Part shown: in pieces, positions 8,268-18,104 of the stretch
Layout of the letters: each line of letters opens with the position of its first letter
Numbering within the stretch: the first letter of the stretch is position 1
From: an uncultured Christensenella sp.
GTDB lineage: Bacteria > Bacillota > Clostridia > Christensenellales > UBA1242
Length of the DNA stretch: 64,000 nucleotides
Reading direction: 5' to 3'
Assembly: GCA_905195085.1 (NCBI GenBank)
Contig: CAJJUK010000001.1
Span: 41,719-105,718 of the forward strand
Notes under the pieces: generated by a model
What the model was told of the DNA's origin: nothing
Database searches by the model: none
Seen by the model: only the letters and a program-made list of their open reading frames with translations
Position numbers and translations under genes: made by a program

Positions 8268-9539
8268 ATGTTTCTTGACAGAGTTAAAATCTCAATAAAA
8301 GCAGGAAACGGTGGCAAAGGTTCCACCTCTTTTTTGCGTACCGCTCAAACTGCCAATGGTGGTCCAGATGGTGGTGATGGTGGAAAGGGTGGAGATGTGA
8401 TTTTCAAGGCTACAAATGACTTGAACACATTGTATAGTTTCAGATTCAAAAAGAAATTTGTCGCTGAAAATGGCGAAGACGGACATCAAAAAAATCAGAC
8501 CGGAAAGAGTGGAAAAGATGAGATTATTCTTGTTCCAACTGGAACAATTTTGATCAATCCTAAAACGGACAAAATCATTGCTGATTTGAATGAAGATGGG
8601 GCTGTCTTTGTGGCTCTGAAAGGTGGTGTTGGTGGACATGGAAATGCTTACTATAAGTCTTCAATCAAACAGGCACCAACATTCTCTCAACTTGGAGAAA
8701 CAACTTCACCAAAAGAAGTGATTTTGGAACTTAAAACCATTGCTGATGTTGGATTGGTGGGCTTTCCAAATGTTGGAAAATCCACGCTTTTGTCGGTCAT
8801 TTCAAACGCAAATCCAAAGATTGCAAACTATCCTTTCACAACAATATATCCAAATTTGGGAGTGTGTGAAGTTTTGGGAGAAGCCTTTGTTGTTGCGGAC
8901 ATTCCTGGGCTTATTGAAGGGGCAAGTGAAGGGACTGGTCTTGGGCATTATTTCTTGAAACACGTTGAGCGTGTCAGGCTTATCGTTCATTTGATTGACA
9001 TATCTGAAAGTGAAGGAAGAAGTGCTGTTGAAGATTACAAAATCATCAATGATGAACTTGGGAAATATAACAAAGAACTTCTCAAAACAAAACAAATCGT
9101 GGTCTTTTCTAAGTGTGATTTGCTTGACGAAGAAGAACTGAAGAAAAAAATAGACAATTTCACAAAAACTTTGAAGATTTCTGATTATGTTTGCATTTCT
9201 TCATACACTAGAGAGGGTGTTGAAACCTTAAAGAAGAAGATTTTGGAAAACCTGAAGAAAATTCCAAAGAAACAGGCTCTTGCAGTTGAAGAATTTGACT
9301 TTGACAAAAAGGACTTTTCTTCTATCGAAATCACAAGACATGATGATGGCAGTTTTGAAGTTTCTGGGGGAAGAATTGAGAACTTGGCAAGAGGTGTTGT
9401 GATTTCTGACCAAATGTCTTTTGCTTATTTCCAAAACAAACTTAAAGAAATGGGTGTCATTGATATGCTCAAAGAAAAAGGTTTGAAAGAGGGTGACACT
9501 GTTGTGATTAAAGATATTTCATTTGAATATATCGAATAA
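8268..9539 (+). CDS. obg: GTPase Obg
   Basis: The start MFLDRVKISIKAGNGGKG is preceded by AGGAGAG. G1 motif GFPNVGKST is present, with a C-terminal OCT-like domain. The ORF-track start at 8187 would overlap nth. Confidence 0.95.
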   Translation: MFLDRVKISIKAGNGGKGSTSFLRTAQTANGGPDGGDGGKGGDVIFKATNDLNTLYSFRFKKKFVAENGEDGHQKNQTGKSGKDEIILVPTGTILINPKTDKIIADLNEDGAVFVALKGGVGGHGNAYYKSSIKQAPTFSQLGETTSPKEVILELKTIADVGLVGFPNVGKSTLLSVISNANPKIANYPFTTIYPNLGVCEVLGEAFVVADIPGLIEGASEGTGLGHYFLKHVERVRLIVHLIDISESEGRSAVEDYKIINDELGKYNKELLKTKQIVVFSKCDLLDEEELKKKIDNFTKTLKISDYVCISSYTREGVETLKKKILENLKKIPKKQALAVEEFDFDKKDFSSIEITRHDDGSFEVSGGRIENLARGVVISDQMSFAYFQNKLKEMGVIDMLKEKGLKEGDTVVIKDISFEYIE

Positions 9540-9588
9540 TTGCATATTACACTTTAGATTGTTGTGTTATGCAACATAATACACAACA
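9540..9588. repeat. Palindromic repeat unit (family member 2, three half-sites)
   Basis: TTGCATATTACAC-tttagat-TGTTGTGTTATGCAA-CATAATACACAACA. It begins immediately after the obg stop, upstream of yhbY. Confidence 0.8.
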
Positions 9589-9616
9589 TATTGTGATTAA
9601 ATTAAAAGGAAATGAT

Positions 9617-9910
9617 ATGATAACAACAAAACAAAGAGCGTATTTGAGAGGTCTTGGAAATGCACTTGACCCAGTTATGCAGATTGGAAAAGATGGCATT
9701 TCTGAAAATGTCCTTAATGGAGTCAACTTGCTTTTGGAAGCAAGAGAACTTGTCAAAATCAAAATGCTCAAAAATTGTGACTATGAAATTAAAGATTTGG
9801 CAAATGAAATTGCACAAAAAACGAATGCTGAAGTGGTGCAAGTGATTGGCAATATTTTCATTTTATACAAATCAACTCGAAAAGATTTCAAACACATTCA
9901 ATTGCCTTAA
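9617..9910 (+). CDS. yhbY: YhbY/CRS1-type RNA-binding ribosome assembly protein
   Basis: MITTKQRAYLRGLGNALDPVMQIGKDGI... matches the CRM/YhbY domain. AAAAGGA lies 6 nt upstream of ATG 9617. Confidence 0.85.
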   Translation: MITTKQRAYLRGLGNALDPVMQIGKDGISENVLNGVNLLLEARELVKIKMLKNCDYEIKDLANEIAQKTNAEVVQVIGNIFILYKSTRKDFKHIQLP

Positions 9911-9966
9911 TTTGTCGTGTTGACATCGACAACATGAAACAGATGCACCTGTCTGCTTCATTGTTG

Positions 9967-10016
9967 TTTATGTTATTTATTTTATGTTATTTATTATGTG
10001 ATTTTATGTTATGCAA
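9967..10016. repeat. Tandem 14-bp direct repeat plus a family half-site
   Basis: TTTATGTTATTTAT occurs twice in tandem (9967-9994). TTATGTTATGCAA follows at 10004-10016. The region lies between convergent 3' ends. Confidence 0.7.
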
Positions 10017-10022
10017 TTGTTT

Positions 10023-10835
10023 TTATAGGATTTCGCTTTCGGTCTTGACATTGAAATATGGATTGAATTGTGAAATAAGAGCAAAAATTACCAATATCGA
10101 TGCAACGACGCAATAATAGATTGTCATTCTGATAAACAAACTGCTCAAGATAAGGATGATGGCGGAGAATAAATAGCCCTTTGTCCTTTTTTTATTGAAC
10201 GAATAGGCAACAAAGTCTTTGAATGCAAGTTTCTTTTCTTTTTTATATTGATGAGTTATTTCAGGGAAACAATCATAGAATTTGTAAAGTTTTTCGTAGG
10301 TGGCATAGGTGTCCAAAATCAAAAATTTTTCATTAAAATTTTGGCAAAATGCACTGAGCCCTTTGTCCGTTATTTCTTTGCAACAAATGACAATCTTTGT
10401 TGCTTTTTCTTTTTTGACACTGTTATAGATGCTCATGAATCTTGAAATTGTCATTCCTTCAAAAGAAACATCAACATAAAGCAGAGTTTTCACTTTTTCT
10501 TCGACATGGTTAATCACAATGTATTTCTTGTGTTTTGTTATGTTTTTGTGCTTTTTTGAGGCGAGTTTGACAAAAAATTCCATAGGGTCAGTTTGACAGG
10601 CTAAGGACAAGAACATATTTTCAGCATCTTCTTTTTCTTTCATCTTCAAACCGGTTTTGTTTTGCTTATTTCTCTGCACGCAGAAAATGATGAGATAGAT
10701 CAGACTTGTCAGTATGAATGTGAGAAGAACGGACAGCCACAATTTTTTTATGAAATATCTTATCCAAACGAAGCAAAAAAGATAGATAAGTGTGAACTTC
10801 AGAATTTCTTGAAATATAAGGTTAATCTTTCTCAT
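10023..10835 (-). CDS. Membrane protein, unknown function (2 N-terminal and 2 C-terminal TM helices around a soluble domain)
   Basis: 270-aa ORF with a clear hydrophobic N- and C-terminus. I recognise no diagnostic motif. Confidence 0.6.
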   Translation of the reverse strand: MRKINLIFQEILKFTLIYLFCFVWIRYFIKKLWLSVLLTFILTSLIYLIIFCVQRNKQNKTGLKMKEKEDAENMFLSLACQTDPMEFFVKLASKKHKNITKHKKYIVINHVEEKVKTLLYVDVSFEGMTISRFMSIYNSVKKEKATKIVICCKEITDKGLSAFCQNFNEKFLILDTYATYEKLYKFYDCFPEITHQYKKEKKLAFKDFVAYSFNKKRTKGYLFSAIILILSSLFIRMTIYYCVVASILVIFALISQFNPYFNVKTESEIL

Positions 10836-10890
10836 GGCAGAATTTTTGACAATTTTACCTTTTTTAATCAGTAACAGGCTAAAAAATTGT

Positions 10891-10919
10891 TTGACAAAAA
10901 ATGTTTGTGCTGTTACAAT
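10891..10919 (+). promoter_or_regulatory. Sigma-A-type promoter abutting the rsfS start codon
   Basis: TTGACA, 17-nt spacer, TG-t-TACAAT. Only 6 nt (ttaaat) separate the -10 from ATG 10926 and there is no SD. Confidence 0.55.
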
Positions 10920-10925
10920 TTAAAT

Positions 10926-11237
10926 ATGATAAACATCAAGGAACTTGTATCCATTTTGCAAGACAACAAAATCAAAAATGTTTCGGTTTACAATCTTTCA
11001 ACTTCTGAAGAAGAAAAGTTTGTAATTCTTTCTACATCCAACAAAGTTACTGACAGCAAAAAAGTTGCAGACATTCTCGCTGAGAAATATGATTATACAG
11101 AAAAAATTGAAGGATATTTCAAAGGAGAGTGGATTGTTTTTGACTTTCCGCATGTGACACTTCATATCTTTCTGCAAAAGGTCAGAGAAAAGTATAATTT
11201 GGACAAACTTTACAAACCAAAAAAGATATCTATTTGA
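10926..11237 (+). CDS. rsfS: Ribosomal silencing factor RsfS (iojap family)
   Basis: The 103-aa sequence ...KFVILSTSNKVTDSKKVADIL...GEWIVFDFPHVTLHIF fits the RsfS pattern. Confidence 0.85.
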   Translation: MINIKELVSILQDNKIKNVSVYNLSTSEEEKFVILSTSNKVTDSKKVADILAEKYDYTEKIEGYFKGEWIVFDFPHVTLHIFLQKVREKYNLDKLYKPKKISI

Positions 11238-11269
11238 TGCGATTAAACTAAAAAAATATCGAAATTTTT

Positions 11270-11300
11270 AAAAACAAAGTATTTTGCTTTGTTTTTTTTG
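11270..11300 (+). terminator. Rho-independent terminator after rsfS
   Basis: AAACAAAG-tattttg-CTTTGTTT followed by a T-run. Confidence 0.7.
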
Positions 11301-11332
11301 TTTTTTAGGTTATAATCACTTTAGGTGAACTT

Positions 11333-11761
11333 ATGATTGATATTTGCTTTGTTTGCACAGGAAACACATGTCGGTCGGTTATGGCTGAAAGAATTGCAAA
11401 AAAACTTTGTAAGGACAGAAAAATCAAAGATGTCAAATTCTCTTCGGCAGGCATCTATGCGAAAGGAGAAAACATCACAGATGGTGCTGTCTTTGCTTTG
11501 AAAAAACTTGGCTATGACGGACGCAAAAGAAAGAGTGTCAAACTTTCAAAAATCAAACCAAACACCATTTATGTTGCTGTTACCAATGCTCACAAAGACT
11601 TCATACACTCCAAAAAATGTCTGAGTTTTGAAGATTTGGCGGGTGCAGTGAATGACCCTTATGGGCAAAGCAATGAAGTTTATCTTCAAACAGCAAAACA
11701 AATTGAAAACAACGTTAATGTCCTGCTTGAAAAAATTGAAAATTTAAGAGGTGCACTATGA
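11333..11761 (+). CDS. Low-molecular-weight protein tyrosine/arginine phosphatase
   Basis: The CTGNTCRS (CX5R-S) P-loop sits at the N-terminus of this 142-aa protein. It is adjacent to rpiB, as ywlE-ywlF are in Bacillus. Confidence 0.88.
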   Translation: MIDICFVCTGNTCRSVMAERIAKKLCKDRKIKDVKFSSAGIYAKGENITDGAVFALKKLGYDGRKRKSVKLSKIKPNTIYVAVTNAHKDFIHSKKCLSFEDLAGAVNDPYGQSNEVYLQTAKQIENNVNVLLEKIENLRGAL

Positions 11762-12197
11762 TTATTATGGCAAGCGACCACAGAGGCTATTTGCTTAAAG
11801 AAGAACTTAAAACGTTTTTTAATCAAGAAAACATCATCACTATTGATGTTGGAACATACAGCAAAGAACCTGTTGATTATCCTGATTTTGCCAAACTTGG
11901 AATTGAAAAAATTTTGGAAAATAAGAATAATGTCGGCATCTTTATTTGTGGCTCAGGAATTGGCATGAGCATTGCCGCAAACCGAAATCCCAAAATTCGT
12001 GCTGCACTTTGTTTGAATACGACCATGGCATCACTTGCAAGAAAAGACAATGATGCTAATGTTTTGTGTTTGCCTGGAAACTTCTTGAAAAAAAGAAAGG
12101 CAATCAGCATCGTTAAGGTCTTTTTGACAACAAGTTTTGAAGGTGGTCGTCATGCCAGAAGATTGAAGAAAATCTCAGGAGAAATCAAGGAGGACAA

Positions 12198-12201
<4 letters not shown>
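11758..12201 (+). CDS. rpiB: Ribose-5-phosphate isomerase B
   Basis: ASDHRGY... and GIFICGSGIGMSIAANR are typical RpiB/LacAB motifs. The ATGA start overlaps the upstream stop. Confidence 0.92.
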
Positions 12202-14013
<1,812 letters not shown>

Positions 14014-14037
14014 ATTTGAAAGGGTTGGAGAAAAGAT

Positions 14038-14250
14038 ATGAAACCACAAAGTGAAAGAAAAGAAATTCAACTTGTTGATTATTGTTTGGATGATGACAAT
14101 GATAATTATAATCGAAGAGATTATGAAAACAGATTGATGCGTAATGCTATTGAAGACATTAGGAGTCGTGCAACATCTAATAGTTGGTGTAATAGAGTCG
14201 TTTTGCCAGACGAGCTTGATAAGAAACTTGATAAAATCATTGAAAGATGA
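14038..14250 (+). CDS. Small acidic hypothetical protein (70 aa)
   Basis: GGAG lies 8 nt upstream. There is no terminator between the gap stop and this ORF. No family recognised. Confidence 0.5.
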   Translation: MKPQSERKEIQLVDYCLDDDNDNYNRRDYENRLMRNAIEDIRSRATSNSWCNRVVLPDELDKKLDKIIER

Positions 14251-14290
14251 TCTTTTCGCATTTTGAACAAGAAGATAAAAGGAAGATGTT

Positions 14291-15235
14291 ATGAAAAATC
14301 AATTGAACAGAGATTTGATTGAGGAGCTTAATGAAAGCAACAATCCAGAATTTTTGGATAATGTCAATGACAAGATTTATGATTTGATTTCTTGCACAAT
14401 CAGTGACATATCTTTAAAATCGCCTTTTATCAAAACTGACAAATGTGTTCTTCTTCCTGTCAATGAACTTTACACTGGTGCGGTTTCACAGTTGTCGGAA
14501 TTCACATACTTCCTTGGTGTTGAAAATCCTCAGATTGAATTTAATTCCAAGAAAAAGAGCAACTTTTGGAAAAATTTATGGAGAGAATTCAGAGCTTCTT
14601 GGAGACTGGGCAAGAAGAAATATAAAAAACAAAAAAACACTCTTTCAACAGACCCAGTTGACAAATATAATATGAATGATTTTAAGCATGACATTGTCAA
14701 GGTTATGGCGGATTATTTAAGTCAAACCTCTGTGATTTATGAGTACACTTCTCATCTTTCAATTGTTGGAATTGATGATTTTGGAACAAATGTCAGAATC
14801 AATATCATCGTCTGCTGTTATGATTCTCGTAAAAACCTTTACAAAATCTATAATCAGCGAAAAAATAAATATTTTGTTGTTGATTTTGGCAACAGGTTTT
14901 CTAATATCAGTTACAAAACAAAAACGTGTGGGCTTATCTATATTGACATGATTAAACTTATAAACATTCTCTATTCAAAGAACTACAACAAAATTCCAAA
15001 TCAAATCTTGGTGGAAAGTTTGCTGTTTAATTGCCCAAATGTTTTGTTTGACAATAATGATGTCTATAAAACTTTTGTCAATGTTGCAAATTACATTCGT
15101 CTTGCAAGTCCACAATCTTTCCTTTCAATTTGTGACGGAAGCAAGACAATTTTTCAAGACGAACTCATAACAAAAAACAATTCTCATCTTGATTACAGCA
15201 AAATAATCGGTATGCTTGATAATTTTAAGTATTAA
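14291..15235 (+). CDS. Hypothetical protein with nucleotidyltransferase-fold-like layout (tentative)
   Basis: 314 aa with an AAGGAAG SD. LYTGAVSQLSEFTYFLGV sits where hG[GS]x9-13[DE]h[DE]h would be. The distal helix region IKLINILYSKNY..ILVESLLFNCPNVLF resembles SMODS/CD-NTase-type proteins. This resemblance is from memory only. Confidence 0.4.
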   Translation: MKNQLNRDLIEELNESNNPEFLDNVNDKIYDLISCTISDISLKSPFIKTDKCVLLPVNELYTGAVSQLSEFTYFLGVENPQIEFNSKKKSNFWKNLWREFRASWRLGKKKYKKQKNTLSTDPVDKYNMNDFKHDIVKVMADYLSQTSVIYEYTSHLSIVGIDDFGTNVRINIIVCCYDSRKNLYKIYNQRKNKYFVVDFGNRFSNISYKTKTCGLIYIDMIKLINILYSKNYNKIPNQILVESLLFNCPNVLFDNNDVYKTFVNVANYIRLASPQSFLSICDGSKTIFQDELITKNNSHLDYSKIIGMLDNFKY

Positions 15236-15291
15236 TCGGCAATGTTGTATATTTTTCGACATTTTGCAAATCCTATTTGTAGGAGGAGCAA

Positions 15292-15486
15292 ATGAAAGAA
15301 ATTTGGATGGTTGTTGGTTTTGGTGCCGGACTTGTGACAGGGGCACTTCTCTACAAACATTGTGAAGATGCAAAGAAACTTGTCAACAAGGGTGAAAAAG
15401 CCGTAAAAAAAGAGGTCGAAAACTTGAAAGAAGCGGTCAAAAAACCACAAAAGGCAATGAAACAACAAACTAAAACAGAAAATTAA
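15292..15486 (+). CDS. YtxH-like small membrane-anchored protein
   Basis: N-terminal TM helix (WMVVGFGAGLVTGALLY) followed by a Lys/Glu-rich helix. Strong SD AGGAGGAG. Confidence 0.6.
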   Translation: MKEIWMVVGFGAGLVTGALLYKHCEDAKKLVNKGEKAVKKEVENLKEAVKKPQKAMKQQTKTEN

Positions 15487-15489
15487 ATA

Positions 15490-15527
15490 AAAAAGCAGAA
15501 TTAGATTAATTCTGCTTTATTTTTTGT
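15490..15527 (+). terminator. Rho-independent terminator
   Basis: AGCAGAATTA-gat-TAATTCTGCT followed by TTTATTTTTT. Confidence 0.8.
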
Positions 15528-15537
15528 TTTGATTAAC

Positions 15538-15567
15538 AAAAAAGCAAGGACATTGACCTTGCTTTTT
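15538..15567. terminator. Bidirectional terminator (3' end of SRP RNA)
   Basis: GCAAGG-acattga-CCTTGC is flanked by an A-run and a T-run, directly after the SRP RNA 3' end on the minus strand. Confidence 0.75.
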
Positions 15568-15570
15568 TCA

Positions 15571-15837
15571 TACTAGGCGAATGCTTCGTTACAATCTGAC
15601 TGACTGCCTCGCAGTTTTTCAACTCCACCAAAGTTTCCTCATGGCACATCAACTTATCTTCTTAATGATGCTTCCGTCAGGACCTGACATGGTTCGAAGG
15701 AGTCAATTGCATAAGACCTTAATTTCACCATCAAAAAGCTACGCACATATTCAACCAAATTGCACCTAGGCAAGCGTTCAATCCTGCTGTAGCGGATTGC
15801 AGGTTACAGGGCACCGCTAACTCCCCATCTAGCCTAG
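15571..15837 (-). ncRNA. ffs: Signal recognition particle RNA, long (Bacillus-type, with Alu domain)
   Basis: The minus strand contains the domain IV core GUCAGGUCCUGACGGAAGC. It also has an Alu-like 5' region GGGGAGUUAGCGGUGCCCUGUAACCUGCAAUCCGCU. 5' CUAGGC pairs with 3' GCCUAG. A consensus promoter and a terminator flank it. Confidence 0.85.
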
Positions 15838-15844
15838 TTTTATT

Positions 15845-15873
15845 ATTATATGCATTTTTCAAAATTATGTCAA
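15845..15873 (-). promoter_or_regulatory. Consensus sigma-A promoter of SRP RNA
   Basis: The minus strand reads TTGACA, exactly 17 nt, then TATAAT. 7 nt later the RNA 5' end CTAGGC begins. Confidence 0.8.
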
Positions 15874-16006
15874 GTGTAGAAACGAAAAACTTGATGTTCT
15901 TTTGTTTTGTTTGAATTGCTTACTCTGTTCAATTTGTGATTTTGATTCTTCGACAAAATGAAATAAAACCATTCAAATTTCTTCACAAAATCAAAGCAGG
16001 GGTTTT

Positions 16007-16014
16007 CATACAAT
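16007..16014 (+). promoter_or_regulatory. Possible sigma-E-type -10 element upstream of spoIIIAA
   Basis: CATACAAT matches the sigma-E -10 consensus CATACA-T and lies 19 nt before ATG 16033. I could not find a convincing -35. Confidence 0.3.
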
Positions 16015-16032
16015 GCTCTAAAGAGGTGGAGT

Positions 16033-16938
16033 ATGTTAGAGAAAATCTTGCCTGATAAGTTCTACAAAATCTTGTCCGAAAAAGTGAATTTGAAAGCGGT
16101 TAATGAAATCAGACTTCGTGCAGACAAGCCGGTTGTGATCAATGTCAGCGGAAAGATGTATTTCTTATCCGAAAATGGTGTGACTGGCAATGTGAACAAC
16201 AGTCTTTATGCCAGCAAGATTATGATTGAAGATGTCATTTTCAGGGCAAGCGAATGTTCCATCTACTCCGTCAATGAACAGATAAAAAAGGGGTTTATTG
16301 TCACAGATGATGCTGTCAGAATTGGTATTGGTGGAAATTTGATTGAAGAGAACGGACACATAAAAACAATGACAAACTTTTGCAGTTGCAACATCAGAGT
16401 TCCACACGTCGTGAAAAATTGCAGTTTGACAGCCTATCCATTTATGGTTTCTGAAAGTGGAGTGGCAAACACCTTGGTCATTTCTCCGCCAGCTTGTGGA
16501 AAGACGACATTTTTGCGTGATTTTGTCTATCAACTCAGTGAACGTAATCTTCCATATAACATTCTTCTACTGGACGAGAGAGGGGAACTTGATTGCGGAA
16601 TAAACTCAAAGTTTACTGACAAGATTGCATTCGCAACAAAAAAAGTTGGATTTGAAAATGGCATTAGGTCGCTGTCACCAGACATTATTGTGACGGACGA
16701 AATCGGACAGGAAGAGGACATTGAAGCAATCAGATATGCAAGTTCTTGCGGGGTTAAAGTTTTGGCATCAACGCACGCTGACAACATGGAAACTTTTTGC
16801 AAAAAAGGACTTTTTCAAACGCTAATCAAAGAAAAGGTTTTCAAAAGATATGTTCTTCTTTCAAAGCGAAATGGTCCAGGGACTTTTGAGGGAATTTATG
16901 ACGAGAACTTCTCAAGAGTTTTCAGCAATTTCAAATGA
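16033..16938 (+). CDS. spoIIIAA: Stage III sporulation protein AA (ATPase)
   Basis: Walker A SPPACGKTTFLRD and Walker B IIVTDEIG. It is the first gene of an 8-gene spoIIIA-ordered cluster. Confidence 0.92.
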   Translation: MLEKILPDKFYKILSEKVNLKAVNEIRLRADKPVVINVSGKMYFLSENGVTGNVNNSLYASKIMIEDVIFRASECSIYSVNEQIKKGFIVTDDAVRIGIGGNLIEENGHIKTMTNFCSCNIRVPHVVKNCSLTAYPFMVSESGVANTLVISPPACGKTTFLRDFVYQLSERNLPYNILLLDERGELDCGINSKFTDKIAFATKKVGFENGIRSLSPDIIVTDEIGQEEDIEAIRYASSCGVKVLASTHADNMETFCKKGLFQTLIKEKVFKRYVLLSKRNGPGTFEGIYDENFSRVFSNFK

Positions 16939-16952
16939 TTTTTGGAGGGGTT

Positions 16953-17447
16953 ATGAAATATGTCTTGATTGTTTTTATTTTTTGCTTGTGTGCACTTGTG
17001 GGTTACATTTTTTCGGTCAAATATATGAAAAGAAAAAAGTTCTTCAACTCTTTGATTGTTTTTGCTGACAAGTTGTCACTGGAAATTAATTTTTCAAGAG
17101 AACGTTTAAAGGTGTTGCTTGAGAATTTTGACTCTGCAAACAAGAAAAACCTTCTTGGAATTGATGAAAAATTTGTGGAGTATTTGGACAAAAAAATTGA
17201 ACTCACATCCGAGAACATCTTCAAAAAGGCCGATGTTTTAAAGAATGACGAAAAAGATTTTATTCTGCTCTTTTTGAAAACATTGGGCAGAAGCGATGTT
17301 GAAAATCAAACAAAAGAAATTCAAAACTTTATTTCTCGATTTAATGAAATGAAAACTCAATGCGACACCGAACAAAAGAAATATGGCTCATTGTCTTTGA
17401 AACTTGGCATTGTTGCAGGGTTGTTTTGGGTGGTTATTTTGCTTTAG
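16953..17447 (+). CDS. spoIIIAB: Stage III sporulation protein AB
   Basis: The N-terminal TM helix, ~165-aa size and operon position fit SpoIIIAB. ATG 16953 follows GGAGGGG. Confidence 0.8.
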   Translation: MKYVLIVFIFCLCALVGYIFSVKYMKRKKFFNSLIVFADKLSLEINFSRERLKVLLENFDSANKKNLLGIDEKFVEYLDKKIELTSENIFKKADVLKNDEKDFILLFLKTLGRSDVENQTKEIQNFISRFNEMKTQCDTEQKKYGSLSLKLGIVAGLFWVVILL

Positions 17448-17471
17448 TTCAGATTCCAAGAAGGAGTGTTT

Positions 17472-17684
17472 ATGGATGTTGACATCATTTTCAAAATTGC
17501 GGCAATCGGTATTTTGACCGCTGTGATAAGTCAAATTCTCAAAAACAGTGGAAAGGAAGACATCTCGACATTGGCGACACTTGCTGGTGTTGTCATTGTT
17601 CTGTTTATGGTCTTGGGGCTTATCAGCGAACTGTTCACTTCAATCAAAACGATTTTCAATTTCAGTTTGTTGCCGTTCATATAA
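17472..17684 (+). CDS. spoIIIAC: Stage III sporulation protein AC
   Basis: Small 2-TM protein MDVDIIFKIAAIGILTAV..., paralogous to the next gene. AAGGAG lies 5 nt upstream. Confidence 0.88.
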   Translation: MDVDIIFKIAAIGILTAVISQILKNSGKEDISTLATLAGVVIVLFMVLGLISELFTSIKTIFNFSLLPFI

Positions 17685-17711
17685 AAACGAAGATTGCAAA
17701 AAGGAGGGCAA

Positions 17712-18104
17712 ATGGACACAATTTTCAAAATTATAGGCATTGCACTTATCACTTGTGTAACTTGTCTGATAATCAAACCTGTTCGGCCAGATTTTGCGAT
17801 TTTCATTTCTATTGTTGGCGGAATTATCATCATCTTTTTTCTGCTTTCATATCTTTCAGGAATTTTTGACATTTTCAACAACATCTTTGAAATTTCTGGA
17901 GTCAATGGTTCGCTTTATGGAGTGATTTTCAAAATTATTGGTGTTGGATATTTGACAGAGTTTACGGCGAGCATTTGCAGTGACACGGGGAATAACAGCC
18001 TTGGAGATAAAGTGCTTTTGGGAGGGAAAATTATCATACTTGTCATGGCTCTTCCTATTGTGACAAGTATTTTGGACATTGTCATGGAATTGTTGCCACA
18101 ATGA
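17712..18104 (+). CDS. spoIIIAD: Stage III sporulation protein AD
   Basis: MDTIFKIIGIALITCV... with 4 TM helices. AGGAGGG SD. Operon position fits. Confidence 0.88.
   Translation: MDTIFKIIGIALITCVTCLIIKPVRPDFAIFISIVGGIIIIFFLLSYLSGIFDIFNNIFEISGVNGSLYGVIFKIIGVGYLTEFTASICSDTGNNSLGDKVLLGGKIIILVMALPIVTSILDIVMELLPQ

Noticed and set aside
9934-10116. 60-aa hydrophobic ORF (MKQMHLSASLLFMLFILCYLLC...) as a possible type I toxin.
   Set aside because: No SD lies upstream of the ATG. Half of it overlaps the 3' end of the convergent membrane-protein gene in antisense. No obvious antisense RNA promoter or terminator pair is present.
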